Assembly (NCBI GenBank): GCA_963668315.1
Contig: OY764216.1
Location: forward strand, 1,600,001 to 1,664,000
DNA length: 64,000 bases
Origin: Spirochaetia bacterium
Lineage (GTDB): Bacteria; Spirochaetota; Spirochaetia; DSM-2461
Reading direction: 5' to 3'
Below, piece by piece: positions 27,237-37,118 of the stretch. The translations under genes were made by a program, and so were the position numbers. Numbering within the stretch: position 1 is the first letter of the stretch; every line of letters starts with the position of its first letter. The notes below the pieces were generated by a model. It had not been told where the DNA came from and made no database searches. It saw only the letters and a list, made by a program, of their open reading frames with translations.

Positions 27237-29188
27237 TCGGGAGTTTCCCGCTTCTCCTCAGAATAGGGTGGAAAATAGAGTTCCGCCGCCGTTCCTTCGC
27301 CCTTGAGGCTTTCTACCCTGATAAAGCCGCCGTTCTGTTTCATGATTCCGAAGACGGTGGAAAGTCCCAGCCCGGTTCCCTGCCCGACTCCCTTGGTAGT
27401 GAAAAAGGGCTCGAATATGAAGGGCAGAGTTTTTTCGTCGATCCCCATTCCATTGTCTCTTATGGTAAGGCGGACATATTCGCCGGGGGAACCTTCGGGG
27501 GAGAGGGTTTTATCCCCTTCCTGAATGGTCACCAGGTCTGTGGTTATATGGATAACCCCGTTTGATTCAATGGCGTCCCGGGCATTGACGCAGAGGTTTG
27601 CCAGAATCTGATCAACCTGGAGGGGATCGATTCTGATGGGACGGAGGGGGACTCCCGGTTCCCACTCCAGTTTGACCATCCCTTTCATCAGATTGCTCAG
27701 CATGGTAAGCATGCCTGATATGATCTGGTTCAGATCGATCACTTCCGGTTTTATGGACTGCTTCCGGGCGAAGGTGAGCAGCTGGCTGACAAGGCGTGAG
27801 GATTTCATTCCCGCTTTTTTTATCTCCCGAAGGTACTGTTCCGTCTCTTCCCTGTTCTCCCGGGAGGCCAGGGCCAGATCGGTATAACCTATGATAATAC
27901 CCAGAATATTATTGAAGTCATGGGCAATTCCTCCGGCCAGTCTTCCCACGGATTCGATTTTCTGCATCTGGAGTATCTGGTTTTCCAGGGCTTTCATCTC
28001 TGTTGTGTCTTCCACGATGAAGCCCACCCCTTCTCCCACTTTGAAAAGATGATATTTAAGCCAGCGGACCCTGTCTCCCAGGGCAAAGGAGTCCTCCAGC
28101 AACTCCGGCCGGCCGGTCTGCCTCACCCTGTCATAGGCATCCCCGATTATCCGGCGGCTCTCATTTAAATAATGGATAAGTTCGTCAACAGGTCTGCCCA
28201 GCAGCTCTTCCGTATCCTGAAGCTGGGGAAGATACTTGAGTATTCCCTGATTGACCGATGCCAGACGGTTGTGCCTGTCTACCACACCCATGACATTGGC
28301 AGTGGAATCCAGGAAGCTCTGCCACATGTCCTTATTGGTGATGATCTCTTCCTTGGCGCGGTGAAGCTCCGTTATGTCCGAGCCCACCACGGCGAATCCG
28401 GTAGCCATGGTAAACATCTGCACCCGGTACCATCTGTCGGTTTCCCTGTGCAGAAAGGTGGAATAGAGATGCCTCGGTTTGGGTGAAGAGAGAAACTTCT
28501 CATAGCGGCGGAAGGGTTCATAATCCATAAACTGGGAGAAAAGATCTCTGAAATGTTTTCCCCTTACCGGCTCGGTCGGCCTGATCCTTTTATTGTCCAG
28601 AAGGAAACGGGTAATGGCCGCTCCCGCGTCCACGGCAATCCCCCGGGAATCAAATATGATAAAGGCTTCGGAGGATCTGTTCATCAGGGATTCGAGGCGA
28701 AGGCGTGTCTCCTGAAGTTCCGTTATATCCCGTCCGATTCCGAGAACGCCGATTACTTCCCTCTGATCATTGAAGAGGGGGGTCTTGATGGTCTCCATCA
28801 GGTGGCCCTGCCCGTCTTCGGCGAAGGTCAGAAGCTCTTCATTTTTGGAAGGGCCCCCCGATTCGATGGAGGAGAGATCCTTCTGACGGAAGAAATCGGC
28901 CAGATCCTTATCCACTATATCGTAATCGGTCTTTCCCAGAATCTCTTCCCGTTTTATCCCGAAAAATCTCTCAAAACTGCGGTTGCAGTAAAGGTATTTT
29001 CCCTCCGGGGATTTGAGCCAGAAAAGATCGGGCATGATGGATATGAGGGATTCGAGGAAACTATCGTTTACAAGGGTGCTGCTGTTTTTTTCTTCCAGGA
29101 ACCTGAGCTGCGAAGACAGTTCTTCCTTCTCAGCCTCCAGTTCATGAATACGGGCCAGCAGTTTCTGTTCACGCTCCTCTGATTCCAA
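27209..29188 (-). CDS. Multi-PAS histidine kinase (no REC)
   Basis: PAS repeats, GRLAGGIAHDFNNIL, NLCVNARDA, GQGTGLGL. Confidence 0.9.
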   Translation of the reverse strand: MESEEREQKLLARIHELEAEKEELSSQLRFLEEKNSSTLVNDSFLESLISIMPDLFWLKSPEGKYLYCNRSFERFFGIKREEILGKTDYDIVDKDLADFFRQKDLSSIESGGPSKNEELLTFAEDGQGHLMETIKTPLFNDQREVIGVLGIGRDITELQETRLRLESLMNRSSEAFIIFDSRGIAVDAGAAITRFLLDNKRIRPTEPVRGKHFRDLFSQFMDYEPFRRYEKFLSSPKPRHLYSTFLHRETDRWYRVQMFTMATGFAVVGSDITELHRAKEEIITNKDMWQSFLDSTANVMGVVDRHNRLASVNQGILKYLPQLQDTEELLGRPVDELIHYLNESRRIIGDAYDRVRQTGRPELLEDSFALGDRVRWLKYHLFKVGEGVGFIVEDTTEMKALENQILQMQKIESVGRLAGGIAHDFNNILGIIIGYTDLALASRENREETEQYLREIKKAGMKSSRLVSQLLTFARKQSIKPEVIDLNQIISGMLTMLSNLMKGMVKLEWEPGVPLRPIRIDPLQVDQILANLCVNARDAIESNGVIHITTDLVTIQEGDKTLSPEGSPGEYVRLTIRDNGMGIDEKTLPFIFEPFFTTKGVGQGTGLGLSTVFGIMKQNGGFIRVESLKGEGTAAELYFPPYSEEKRETPDQHNPESLS

Positions 29189-29240
29189 TGCTGATTCCTC
29201 CGCCGTCTTTTGTTATGACACAGATCGGTAAAAAAATGAA

Positions 29241-29288
29241 CCCTGTTCTTCTTTTCCCCGCCTTCGGGCAGGGAAAAAGAGAACAGGG
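29241..29288. terminator. Long hairpin downstream of uxaC (possible terminator)
   Basis: CCCTGTTCT...TTTTCCCCGCC-TTCG-GGCAGGGAAAA...AGAACAGGG, followed on the minus strand by TTCATTTTTT. Confidence 0.55.
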
Positions 29289-29330
29289 CGAATCTTCCCA
29301 ATCCTCCGGCCGGTGACCGGAGGAAAATAT

Positions 29331-30728
29331 CTAGAGGCCGAAACCGAAATATTCGGCGGCATTCAGGTAGGAGATCTCCTTGACCATGGAACCGACCAGT
29401 TCAAAATCGGCCGGGATGATCCCTTTCTCCATATCCTTGCCGAGAATGTTGCAGAGGATCCTGCGGAAATATTCATGGCGGGTATAGGAAAGGAAGGAGC
29501 GGCTGTCGGTAAGCATTCCCACAAACCTTCTGAGAAGGCCCAGCTGGCTCAGAGATTCGATCTGTCTGGTCATGCCGTCCATCTGATCGAGGAACCACCA
29601 TCCGGATCCCATCTGGATTTTTCCAGCCACCGAACCGTCCTGGAAGTTGCCCAGCATGGTGGCGATGACTTCGTTATCCCGGGGATTCAGGTTGTAGAGA
29701 ATCGTTTTAGGGAGCTTCTTTTCCGAATCGAGAAGATTCAGATAGGCCGATAGGGGCCGGGCAAAGTTCTGATCGTCGATGGAGTCGAATCCCGTGTCCG
29801 GACCGAGTTTGGCAAAGAGGCGGGAGTTATTGTTTCTGAGGGCTCCCACATGGATCTGTTTCGTCCAGTTCTTCTCGGCATCCAGACGGCCGAAATGAAC
29901 CATCATGGCCGTTTTGAATTTATCCGCTTCCTCTGTGGTCACGCTCTGGCCGGCCAGGGCTTTGGCGAAGATGGCTGCGGCCTCGTCCTCGGTGTATTCA
30001 GAAGCGTATAAGGTGTCCAGCCCGTGGTCGGAGAGGCGGCATCCGGCGTCATGGAAATACTGGTGGCGCACTTTGATCGCCTCGATAAGGGCGGCGTAGT
30101 CCTTGATTTCCATACCGGCTGCGGCGCCAAGGGATTTCAGGTAATCCAGGTAGAAGTCCTTGTCTATGGCCATGGCCTTATCGGGACGCCAGGTGGGAAG
30201 AACTTTTACTGCGAAGCCTTCTGCGGCAAGGGCCTTATGGTATTCGAGAGTGTCGGCCGGATCGTCGGTGGTGCAGACCAGTTTGACCTTGCTGTCCACC
30301 ATCAGCTGGCGGGCGCTCATGGTCTTCAGTTTCTCATTGGCCCGGTCCCAGACTTCCTGTGCCGTATCGCCGTTCAGGATTACATCGTCAATGCCGAAGT
30401 AGCGGGCCAGCTCCAGGTGGCACCAGTGGAACATGGGGTTCTTAAGCAGGTAGGGCATGGTCTCGGCGAATTTCTGAAACTTCTCCCTGTCCGACCCATC
30501 CCCGGTACAGTAACGCTCATCCACGCCGTTGGAGCGCATGGCCCTCCATTTGTAGTGGTCTCCTCCCAGCCATACCTGGGTGATATTGTCCCACTTCTTA
30601 TCCTCCGCGATTTCCCGGGGATTCAGGTGGCAGTGGTAGTCGATGATCGGCATATCTTTGGCATAGTCGTGGTAGAGCTTCCGGGCTGCTTCCGTTTCCA
30701 GTACAAAATTATCGTTGATGAATTTCAA
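29331..30728 (-). CDS. uxaC: Uronate (glucuronate/galacturonate) isomerase
   Basis: IIDYHCHL, GDHYKWRAMR, CTTDDP, GSGWWFLDQ, GMLTDSRSFLSY. TTG start. Confidence 0.97.
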   Translation of the reverse strand: MKFINDNFVLETEAARKLYHDYAKDMPIIDYHCHLNPREIAEDKKWDNITQVWLGGDHYKWRAMRSNGVDERYCTGDGSDREKFQKFAETMPYLLKNPMFHWCHLELARYFGIDDVILNGDTAQEVWDRANEKLKTMSARQLMVDSKVKLVCTTDDPADTLEYHKALAAEGFAVKVLPTWRPDKAMAIDKDFYLDYLKSLGAAAGMEIKDYAALIEAIKVRHQYFHDAGCRLSDHGLDTLYASEYTEDEAAAIFAKALAGQSVTTEEADKFKTAMMVHFGRLDAEKNWTKQIHVGALRNNNSRLFAKLGPDTGFDSIDDQNFARPLSAYLNLLDSEKKLPKTILYNLNPRDNEVIATMLGNFQDGSVAGKIQMGSGWWFLDQMDGMTRQIESLSQLGLLRRFVGMLTDSRSFLSYTRHEYFRRILCNILGKDMEKGIIPADFELVGSMVKEISYLNAAEYFGFGL

Positions 30729-30757
30729 TTTGTTTCTCCTTCTGTGTGACGTGGAAA

Positions 30758-32239
30758 TTACAGGGTTACACCGGATTTGAAAATGGCGATTTCTCTGTAT
30801 CCGTTCCGTTCGTTCCGGGTCTGTTCTCCCGAGGCGATTTTTATGATAGCCTCTGCCAGATCCTTATTCAAGTCATCCAGGGAAATTCCTTCCACTCCCC
30901 GGCCTGCATTGAAGTCTATCCAGTTCTTTTTTCTTTCCGCCAGAGAGGAGTTGGTCGCCACTTTTACCGTGGGGACCGGAGCTCCCAGGGGAGTCCCCCG
31001 TCCGGTGGTGAAGATAAGAACCGTAGCGCCCGCCGCCGTCATGGCCGTGGTGGAGACGATGTCGTTCCCCGGTCCGTTCAGCAGATTGAGCCCTTTGGTG
31101 ACAACCTTGGCTCCGTAGGGGATAACATCGCTTACCGGAGCCAGTCCGCCCTTCTGCACACATCCCAGGGATTTATCCTCCAGGGTGGTGATGCCCCCTT
31201 CCTTGTTGCCGGGGGAGGGATTCTCATAAACCACCTGGTTATGCTTCGTGAAGTAGTCCTTGAAGTCGTTGATAAGATGTACCGTCTTGTCGAAGACCTC
31301 TTTATTGATGCAGCGGTTCATGAGGATTGTCTCGGCACCGAACATCTCGGGTACTTCGGTGAGGATCGTGCTGCCCCCCGCTTTGATCAGTGCGTCGCTG
31401 AACCGGCCCAGAAGGGGGTTGGCGGTGATGCCCGAAAGACCGTCGGAACCGCCGCACTTCATGCCCACCACCAGCTCGGAAACGGGACACTCCTCCCGCT
31501 TGTCTCCGGCGGTGAGTTTCATCAGATCCCGAAGAATCTCCATGCCCTCTTCCAGCTCGTCCTCCGACTCCTGGGTAATCAGGAAACGGACACGGTCCTT
31601 GTCGTAGTCGCCCAGGACCTTCTTGAACTCGGGAATGTTGTTGTTCTCGCATCCCAGGCCCAGAACAAGAACGGCTCCCGCATTGGGATGGGTCGTGAGA
31701 TCGCTCAGAATGGTCCGGGTCGTCTCGTGGTCGTCTCCCATCTGGGAGCAGCCGTAGGGATGGGCGAAGGTAAAGACCCCGTCGCATTTTCCCGCCGCCT
31801 CGGCCTGGGCCTTCTGGGCGAGGAGCTCGGCCGTCTTGTTCACGCAGCCCACGGTGTTGATGATCCAGATTTCGTTCCTCGTTCCCACTTTGCCGCCGGA
31901 GCGGCGGTAGCCTTTGAAGGTGCGCCCCTTGAGAAAGTCGGGGGCGGGATTTTCCAGAGCGACCGGTTCGTAGGCGTACTCCAGGTTTCCCCCCAGGAGG
32001 GTTTTTATGTTGTGGGTATGAACCTGTTCCCCCGCTTCGATAGCACGGGAGGCCGAACCGATGGGGTAGCCGTATTTAATGATCTTCTCCCCTTCGGCGA
32101 TGTTCATAAGAGCTACCTTGTGACCGGCGGGAATATCCTGGACCAGCGTGACGCCCAGGACTTCCGAGCCCTTCTCCAGGGGAGAGAGGGCAACGGCCAC
32201 ATTATCGTTATCGGTGATTCGGATAAATGTGTCGGACAT
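30758..32239 (-). CDS. uxaA: Altronate dehydratase
   Basis: SAF domain (IPAGHKVA), HPYGCSQMGDD, GLGCENN, KCGGSDG, NPSPGNKEGG. Confidence 0.95.
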   Translation of the reverse strand: MSDTFIRITDNDNVAVALSPLEKGSEVLGVTLVQDIPAGHKVALMNIAEGEKIIKYGYPIGSASRAIEAGEQVHTHNIKTLLGGNLEYAYEPVALENPAPDFLKGRTFKGYRRSGGKVGTRNEIWIINTVGCVNKTAELLAQKAQAEAAGKCDGVFTFAHPYGCSQMGDDHETTRTILSDLTTHPNAGAVLVLGLGCENNNIPEFKKVLGDYDKDRVRFLITQESEDELEEGMEILRDLMKLTAGDKREECPVSELVVGMKCGGSDGLSGITANPLLGRFSDALIKAGGSTILTEVPEMFGAETILMNRCINKEVFDKTVHLINDFKDYFTKHNQVVYENPSPGNKEGGITTLEDKSLGCVQKGGLAPVSDVIPYGAKVVTKGLNLLNGPGNDIVSTTAMTAAGATVLIFTTGRGTPLGAPVPTVKVATNSSLAERKKNWIDFNAGRGVEGISLDDLNKDLAEAIIKIASGEQTRNERNGYREIAIFKSGVTL

Positions 32240-32241
32240 TG

Positions 32242-33753
32242 TTACTCCTTGACCAGGGCGTCGATTACGTCCTTGACGGAACCGGAGGAGAGCTGGTAGA
32301 GGAAGTCTCCGGTCAGCTCGGCCAGGCCTTTCTCAGCGCTCAGGTCCTGGCCCCAGAAATCGGTCTTGCTCAGAACTTTCTTCATGAGGGAAGCGCCGTC
32401 GGCGGCGGAAGAGAGGGTCGTTCCTTCCCAGAGGGAAGCGAAGAATTCCAGTACCTCGGGGGAGTCGTTTACTTCGTACTCCTTGCCGTCTACCGCCCGG
32501 GACGCCTTGAGGGTCCGTTCTGCCCCTTTCTCGCCTTTGTAGAAGAGGGTCAGAGCCGCCAGGGAGAAGGAGAGAAGGCGGGGAAGTTCGCCTTTTCTGA
32601 CGATGTATTCCAGAAGGGAAGGCATGACGCGGGTTTTCCATTTGGATACGGAGTTGAGGGAGATGCTCAGAAGGAAGTGCTTGATGTAGGGGTTGCTGAA
32701 TCTTTCCAGGATGGCGCCGCCGTATTCAGCAAGCTCTTCGGCGGGAAGATCCAGGGTGGGGATGATCTCTTCGAAGATTCCCTTTTTCACATAGGCCGAG
32801 AGGACTTCGTCGTCCATGCAGTCTTTTACCGTTTCCAGTCCGTAGAGCCAGGCTCCCAGAACGGTCATGGTGTGGGCGCCGTTGAGGATCCGGACTTTCC
32901 GGGTTCTGTAGGGGGTCATGTCGTCACACCACTTAACATTGAGTCCGGCCTGAACAATGGGGAACTCTTTCTCGTACTTGGTATCTCCCTCCACTACGAG
33001 GAAGTGGAAAATCTCTCCCGTGTCCAGCTGGTTGTCACGGTAGCCCTCTTTTGCCCAGAGCTCCTCCACTTCGTCCCGGGGATAACCGGAAACGATTCGG
33101 TCTACCAGGGTATTGAAGAAGACGTTGGCTTCGGTGAGCCAGGCCTTGAACGCCTTGTCTTCGGGATACCAGAGGTCGGCCAGCTGCAGGAGTACTTTCT
33201 TCAGGTTGTCGCCGTTGCGGTCGATAAGCTCGCAGGGAAAGAGGAGGAAGCCCTTGCTCTTGTCCCCTTCGAAGTGGTCATAACGCTTTTTCATCAGAGC
33301 GAGCAGCTTGCCCGGGTAGGAGACGGGGGGCTGGTCGTCGGCCTTATCCTCTTCCCGCAGTTCGATTCCCGCTTCGGTGGTGTTGGAGATGATGATTCTG
33401 AGGTCGGGGTTGAGGGCTTCGTCCAGGTAAGCCTGGAAATCCTCGTAGGGGTTGACGGCTCTCTCTATCGCGTCGATGATCTTCTTGTCCACGACCACTT
33501 CCCCGTTCTGGATGCCCCGGAGAAACAGGGTATAAAGGTAATCCTGGTCCTTGAGCATACCGATCATGCCCTGCGCCAGGGGCTGAACGATGGAGACGCC
33601 CCCGTTATAGATGCCCTGATTGTTCATCTTGTCGACCATCCAGTCCATAAAAGCCCTGAGAAAGTTTCCTTCTCCGAACTGGAGGATTCTTACGGGGCGG
33701 GTCTTTTTCTCAAATCCGGCCTCTCTGGCTACGGCTTCATTCAATACATTCAT
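32242..33753 (-). CDS. uxaB: Tagaturonate reductase (altronate oxidoreductase)
   Basis: QFGEGNFLRAF, SNTTEAGI, PCELIDRNG, NTLVDRIV, KVRILNGAHT. Confidence 0.95.
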   Translation of the reverse strand: MNVLNEAVAREAGFEKKTRPVRILQFGEGNFLRAFMDWMVDKMNNQGIYNGGVSIVQPLAQGMIGMLKDQDYLYTLFLRGIQNGEVVVDKKIIDAIERAVNPYEDFQAYLDEALNPDLRIIISNTTEAGIELREEDKADDQPPVSYPGKLLALMKKRYDHFEGDKSKGFLLFPCELIDRNGDNLKKVLLQLADLWYPEDKAFKAWLTEANVFFNTLVDRIVSGYPRDEVEELWAKEGYRDNQLDTGEIFHFLVVEGDTKYEKEFPIVQAGLNVKWCDDMTPYRTRKVRILNGAHTMTVLGAWLYGLETVKDCMDDEVLSAYVKKGIFEEIIPTLDLPAEELAEYGGAILERFSNPYIKHFLLSISLNSVSKWKTRVMPSLLEYIVRKGELPRLLSFSLAALTLFYKGEKGAERTLKASRAVDGKEYEVNDSPEVLEFFASLWEGTTLSSAADGASLMKKVLSKTDFWGQDLSAEKGLAELTGDFLYQLSSGSVKDVIDALVKE

Positions 33754-34484
33754 TTTTTTTCTCCTTCAAAGATACGTTTGAGCGCCCAGTTCCGGTGAGC
33801 GGTCATGGCCGCTTCCGCTTCGTCGGCATCGCCGGAACGAAGGGCATCAATGATTTTCTGATGTTCTGCGGGGATGAGGGAAAAATCCTGTTCCCTCTGT
33901 CCCAGGTGGGGCTGGTCCCGCGTGACGATACGGGGGGTCAGCTGACTGAAAAGGGAAAGCAGGATATGGTTTCCCGTGGCATGGGCGATGGCCAGGTGGA
34001 AGAGATAGTCCTCTTCGAGAAAGCTCTCGCTGTTGCTGTAGAAAGCTTTGAGGAATCCTTCCTGCCTTTTCTCAATAAGGCGCAGGTCGGCTTCCGTCCG
34101 CCTCTCCGCCGCCAGCCGGGCGCACTGCACATCCAGAATAAAACGGGCTTCCATCAGATCCGCCATCTTCTGGTCCCTGGAGACGGGAATGGAGCCCAGA
34201 AGCTCTTCCATCGTTTCCTGTCCCATGGATGTAATGCGCGTGCCGCTCTGAGGACTGATCTCCACCAGTCCGTAGAAATCGAGTTTCTGCAGAGCCTTGC
34301 GTACGTTTCCCCTGGTTGTGTTCATCTTCTCAGCCATCGCCCGTTCCGAGGGCAGGCGGGTCCCCGGCTTCAATTCGCCTGAATGGACCAGCTCGCGTAT
34401 CCGGGCAATGATGAATTCCTCCGGGTTCTCCGATTTTTCCTTTACTTCGAAGAGACTCAGAACTGATGTCGTTTCCATGGGCAT
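33750..34484 (-). CDS. FadR/GntR regulator of the hexuronate operon (ExuR/UxuR-like)
   Basis: LPSERAMAE HTH and FCD domain (FHLAIAHATGN). Start moved to ATG 34484 because the longer ORF runs through the operators and promoter. Confidence 0.88.
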   Translation of the reverse strand: MPMETTSVLSLFEVKEKSENPEEFIIARIRELVHSGELKPGTRLPSERAMAEKMNTTRGNVRKALQKLDFYGLVEISPQSGTRITSMGQETMEELLGSIPVSRDQKMADLMEARFILDVQCARLAAERRTEADLRLIEKRQEGFLKAFYSNSESFLEEDYLFHLAIAHATGNHILLSLFSQLTPRIVTRDQPHLGQREQDFSLIPAEHQKIIDALRSGDADEAEAAMTAHRNWALKRIFEGEKK

Positions 34485-34498
34485 TAACGTATTCCTAT

Positions 34499-34550
34499 AA
34501 TTGGTTGACCAATTCAGAGTGATAATATGATTGGTTGACCAATTTGTCAA
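34499..34550 (-). promoter_or_regulatory. Sigma70 promoter with two FadR-type operators
   Basis: TTGACA(34550-34545)-N17-TATTAT(34527-34522). Dyads AATTGGTTGACCAATT at 34499-34514 and ATTGGTTGACCAAT at 34530-34543. Confidence 0.85.
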
Positions 34551-34670
34551 GAAAAACTTACGCCAAAGTGAAAGTTTGATGACGGATATCGTCTCATTTC
34601 CTGAAATCCCCCTCTCCAACCGGTGGATGCCGGGGATAGGCAGAGAAGTCGACCTGTGGTAACATTGCCT

Positions 34671-35210
34671 ATGATTTCTCTCTCTTTTGAAGATTTTCTA
34701 AAACCCTCGGACTCGGGAATCTTCCGTGAGATTCCTGTGAATACGCCGGGCAAACTCTTTACCAGCCCCATGCCCACCGGAGCTTACGACAAGGGGAAGA
34801 AACTGTTCTCCATTTTCAAGAAGCACCAGGTCAGCCATGTATTCCCCCTTGTTACAGACGGGGAAATTGAGAATAAGGGACGATCCGATATTCTCGCCGA
34901 GTATACGAAAAGGGGAATAACCTATACCCGTTATATTATAAAGGATTATCAGACTCCCACCTATGAGATGATGAAAGGACTTGTCAAGGATGCGGAGCAG
35001 AGACTCGGAAATAAGGAACATCTCCTTGTTCATTGTCATGCCGGAGTGGGGCGGACTTCGCTGGTCGTCGCCTGCATCATTGTGGCTGTGGAAAATATGT
35101 CCGCCGATGAGGCCATTAATCATGTGAGGGCGAATATGACCGTAAACATCACAAGCGAGCAGGCCAATCTGGTGAGACGGTTCGAGAAGAAGTACCATTC
35201 CGGGCTGTAG
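34671..35210 (+). CDS. Dual-specificity/protein-tyrosine phosphatase family protein
   Basis: P-loop VHCHAGVGRT, IKDYQTP, ITSEQ. Start uncertain (ATG 34671 or GTG 34623). Confidence 0.85.
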   Translation: MISLSFEDFLKPSDSGIFREIPVNTPGKLFTSPMPTGAYDKGKKLFSIFKKHQVSHVFPLVTDGEIENKGRSDILAEYTKRGITYTRYIIKDYQTPTYEMMKGLVKDAEQRLGNKEHLLVHCHAGVGRTSLVVACIIVAVENMSADEAINHVRANMTVNITSEQANLVRRFEKKYHSGL

Positions 35211-35328
35211 ATCTCTGATTATTCGCGGTGATCGCGTCGGTTTAATCCTGGTCCGGCAGGAGGTCATTCCTTTCGGGATCGGGTATGATGTTGTATTCTT
35301 ATGATAAATCACTGATACTTAGTTAAGC

Positions 35329-35569
35329 ATGACAAAAATTAAAAATAATATATGGTTTTTATATATAATACTTGTCCTTTTCGCTTCCCTTCTTGTGACG
35401 GTTCACCTCAGGAGAAGTTATACCGCGACGGAACAGGATTTGATAAAAGGGCAGTCCAACAGGATAAATCTTATCAGTCTCTCCCTGAAATCCCTCCTGC
35501 ATCATCAGGATCAGCTGATCTCCTTTATAGAAAGCAGCCTGAGCGATTACGGTCCTTTGCCTGATAAGG
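35329..35569 (+). pseudogene. 5' fragment of a membrane (sensor-like) gene truncated by IS256
   Basis: TM helix plus the start of an extracytoplasmic helix. The stop codon is supplied by the IS left end. Confidence 0.65.
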
Positions 35570-36917
35570 GATAGCGTACAATCAAGTTCGCAATTTTAAT
35601 TATTGAAAGAAGCCATCGAATTCTCCAGAATGGTAATGCACAACTAAAACCATGGAGGAAGAAAACGATGGCTAAGGAAAATGATAATGGTAATCTGGAA
35701 AAAATGCTACTCCAATTCATTTCGGAACCGGATCCCATTTTCAGCTTATTGAAATGGCTACTGGAAAAGCTTATGGAAATAGAAGCGGCGAATAAAGTAG
35801 GAGCTCAAAAGGGGTCTCATTCTACGGGAAGATCCACCCATTTTTCTGGATATCGACCACGCCGATTTGATACTCGTCTTGGAACACTGTATCTCCTTGT
35901 CCCCAAGCTCAGAAAAGGCGGATATATTCCCTTCTTTGTAACAGAAAAGAAGAGATCCGAGCAAGCTCTGATTCAGGTTGTCCAGGAAGCATTTATCAAC
36001 GGTGTTTCAACCAGAAAGATTGAGAAATTGGCTATGAGTCTGGGCATTGAAAATATTTCAGCCAGCCAGGTCTCTGAAATCAATAAGGGACTTGATGAAC
36101 AGGTAGATGAATTCCGCTATCGATCTCTTGATTCAGAATATCCTGTCATCTGGGTTGATGCCCTCTATGAAAAGATCCGGTATAACGGAAGAGTGAGAAA
36201 TATGGCTGTGATGGTTGTATCTGGTGTTAATTCACAAGGATTCAAAGAAATCCTTGCTGTTGAACCAATGCAGGAAGAATCAGAAAGCACTTATACCGAA
36301 CTGTTCAGGTCTCTTAAAGCAAGAGGATTTAAAAATGCCTGGCTCTGTGTCTCTGATGCCCATCTGGGACTTCAAGCCGCCATAAGAAAGGAACTCATCG
36401 GTTGCTCCTGGCAACGCTGTAAAATCCATTTTATGAGGAACATCCTGTCCCATCTTCCTGCCAGGGATAAAGAAGCTGTTGCCGGCAGAATTAAGCAGAT
36501 TTGGAATCAACCGAACTCCCAATCGGCCCGTGAATATGCATACCGAATTATAGAGGAATTTGAAGAACAATTTCCGAAGTCCATGACTTGTCTTGAAGAC
36601 GGATTAGAAGACTCTCTTCAGTATTATGAATTCTCAGAAATAGACAGCCGGAAAACTGCTTCTACCAATCAACTGGAACGATTGAATCGGGAAATCCGTA
36701 GACGATCTCGTGTTGTGGGAATCTTTCCCAGTATTGACTCCTACCTTAGACTAGTCTGTTGTTACCTGATTGAATACTCAGAAGACTGGGCTTCGGGAAA
36801 ACGGTATATCAGTGAGAAATCGATTGATGAACAAAGAATTAAATTAGGTCAGGCTGCCTAATGGGGAATTTTGATGGCTTCTTGAAAGGAAAGTTGCGAA
36901 CATGGCTGGACACTATC
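35570..36917 (+). mobile_element. IS256-family insertion sequence (1348 bp)
   Basis: Imperfect TIRs GATAGCGTACAATCAAGTTCGCAATTTT and GATAGTGTCCAGCCATGTTCGCAACTTT (22/28), plus a subterminal AAGAAGCCATC repeat. No target duplication. Confidence 0.9.
35668..36861 (+). CDS. IS256 (Mutator-like) DDE transposase
   Basis: GVSTRKI, WVDALY, VSDAHLGL, WQRCKIHFMRN, STNQLERLNREIRRR. Confidence 0.96.
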   Translation: MAKENDNGNLEKMLLQFISEPDPIFSLLKWLLEKLMEIEAANKVGAQKGSHSTGRSTHFSGYRPRRFDTRLGTLYLLVPKLRKGGYIPFFVTEKKRSEQALIQVVQEAFINGVSTRKIEKLAMSLGIENISASQVSEINKGLDEQVDEFRYRSLDSEYPVIWVDALYEKIRYNGRVRNMAVMVVSGVNSQGFKEILAVEPMQEESESTYTELFRSLKARGFKNAWLCVSDAHLGLQAAIRKELIGCSWQRCKIHFMRNILSHLPARDKEAVAGRIKQIWNQPNSQSAREYAYRIIEEFEEQFPKSMTCLEDGLEDSLQYYEFSEIDSRKTASTNQLERLNREIRRRSRVVGIFPSIDSYLRLVCCYLIEYSEDWASGKRYISEKSIDEQRIKLGQAA

Positions 36918-36948
36918 TTGTTTCTCCGTAAAATACCCCCGGAGAAAG

Positions 36949-36977
36949 GGCTGCCTTAAGCAAGGCAGCCTTTTTTT
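36949..36977 (+). terminator. Intrinsic terminator
   Basis: GGCTGCCTT-AAGC-AAGGCAGCC followed by T7. Confidence 0.8.
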
Positions 36978-37118
36978 ATGCCTTCCCGGTAGATGAAATC
37001 AGACTTTTTTTCCGAACCGGTGCCCGAAAGGAAAAAAAGACTTTTAACTTTTTCCATGTCATGTGAAAATATGGCCGAACCGGATAACCGAATCAACCTT
37101 TCCGGTTTTAGGAATTTT

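Noticed and set aside
32227..33798. Long antisense ORFs (also 5589-7043, 14733-15944, 30746-32299, 61025-62323)
   Set aside because: They are shadows of well-supported genes on the opposite strand in GC-rich sequence and have no motifs.
34485..34619. N-terminal extension of the GntR ORF with repeated NWSTN
   Set aside because: The peptide repeat is just the translation of the two DNA operators.
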